Source of the DNA: Ginglymostoma cirratum
Taxonomy: Eukaryota
Direction of reading: 5' to 3'
DNA: 64,000 nt
Assembly: GCA_024137785.1 (NCBI GenBank)
Contig: JAHRHZ010000018.1
Span: 37,935,770 to 37,999,769, forward strand
In this document: positions 63,833 through 64,000 of the stretch, in pieces
Position numbering within the stretch: position 1 is the first letter of the stretch
Layout of the letters: the number at the start of each line of letters is the position of its first letter
The notes under the pieces: model-generated
What the model saw: only the letters and a program-made list of their open reading frames with translations
Databases searched by the model: none
What the model was told of the DNA's origin: nothing
Made by a program: the position numbers and the translations under genes

Positions 63833-64000
63833 ACATAAGACATAAGAGTAGAAATAGGCCATTCAGCCCATCAAGCCTGCTCTGCCATTCAATTAGATCG
63901 TGGCTGATCTGATAATCACCATATCCACTTTCCTGCCTTTTCCCTGCAATTATTGATTCTCTTACTGATTAAAAATCTGTATAACTCTTGAGTATACCTA
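63833..64000 (-). mobile_element. CR1-type 3' tail, truncated by the window edge
   Basis: acataagacataag tail plus taggccattcagcccatcaagcctgc; similar to 5763-5900. Confidence 0.82.

Overview
Vertebrate genomic DNA, AT-rich and intron-dominated. The repeat content (CR1-type LINE fragments, V-domain and Deu-domain SINEs, Penelope-like inverted repeats) points to a cartilaginous fish (shark); the species cannot be fixed from sequence alone. The window holds most of a PROX1 (prospero homeobox 1) gene on the minus strand: a CpG-island promoter (~55.0-55.6 kb), a probable non-coding exon 1, a large coding exon 2 (ATG 50056 to 48344), exon 3 (35570-35463) and exon 4 (26044-25850). I could not find the last coding exon; it most likely lies left of position 1. 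Intron 2 is a 12.8-kb minor-spliceosome (U12) AT-AC intron with a textbook donor and branch point. Also notable: a 3-codon uORF just before the start codon, opposed sense/antisense splice donors in the promoter, a broad AT-rich CpG-retaining domain, several enhancer-like motif clusters, and a triple-nested transposon insertion with two sets of target-site duplications. I found no convincing wholly new coding system. Nearly all short ORFs in the track are LINE debris, antisense shadows or noise. Repeat family names and human comparisons are from recall, not searches, and repeat boundaries are approximate.
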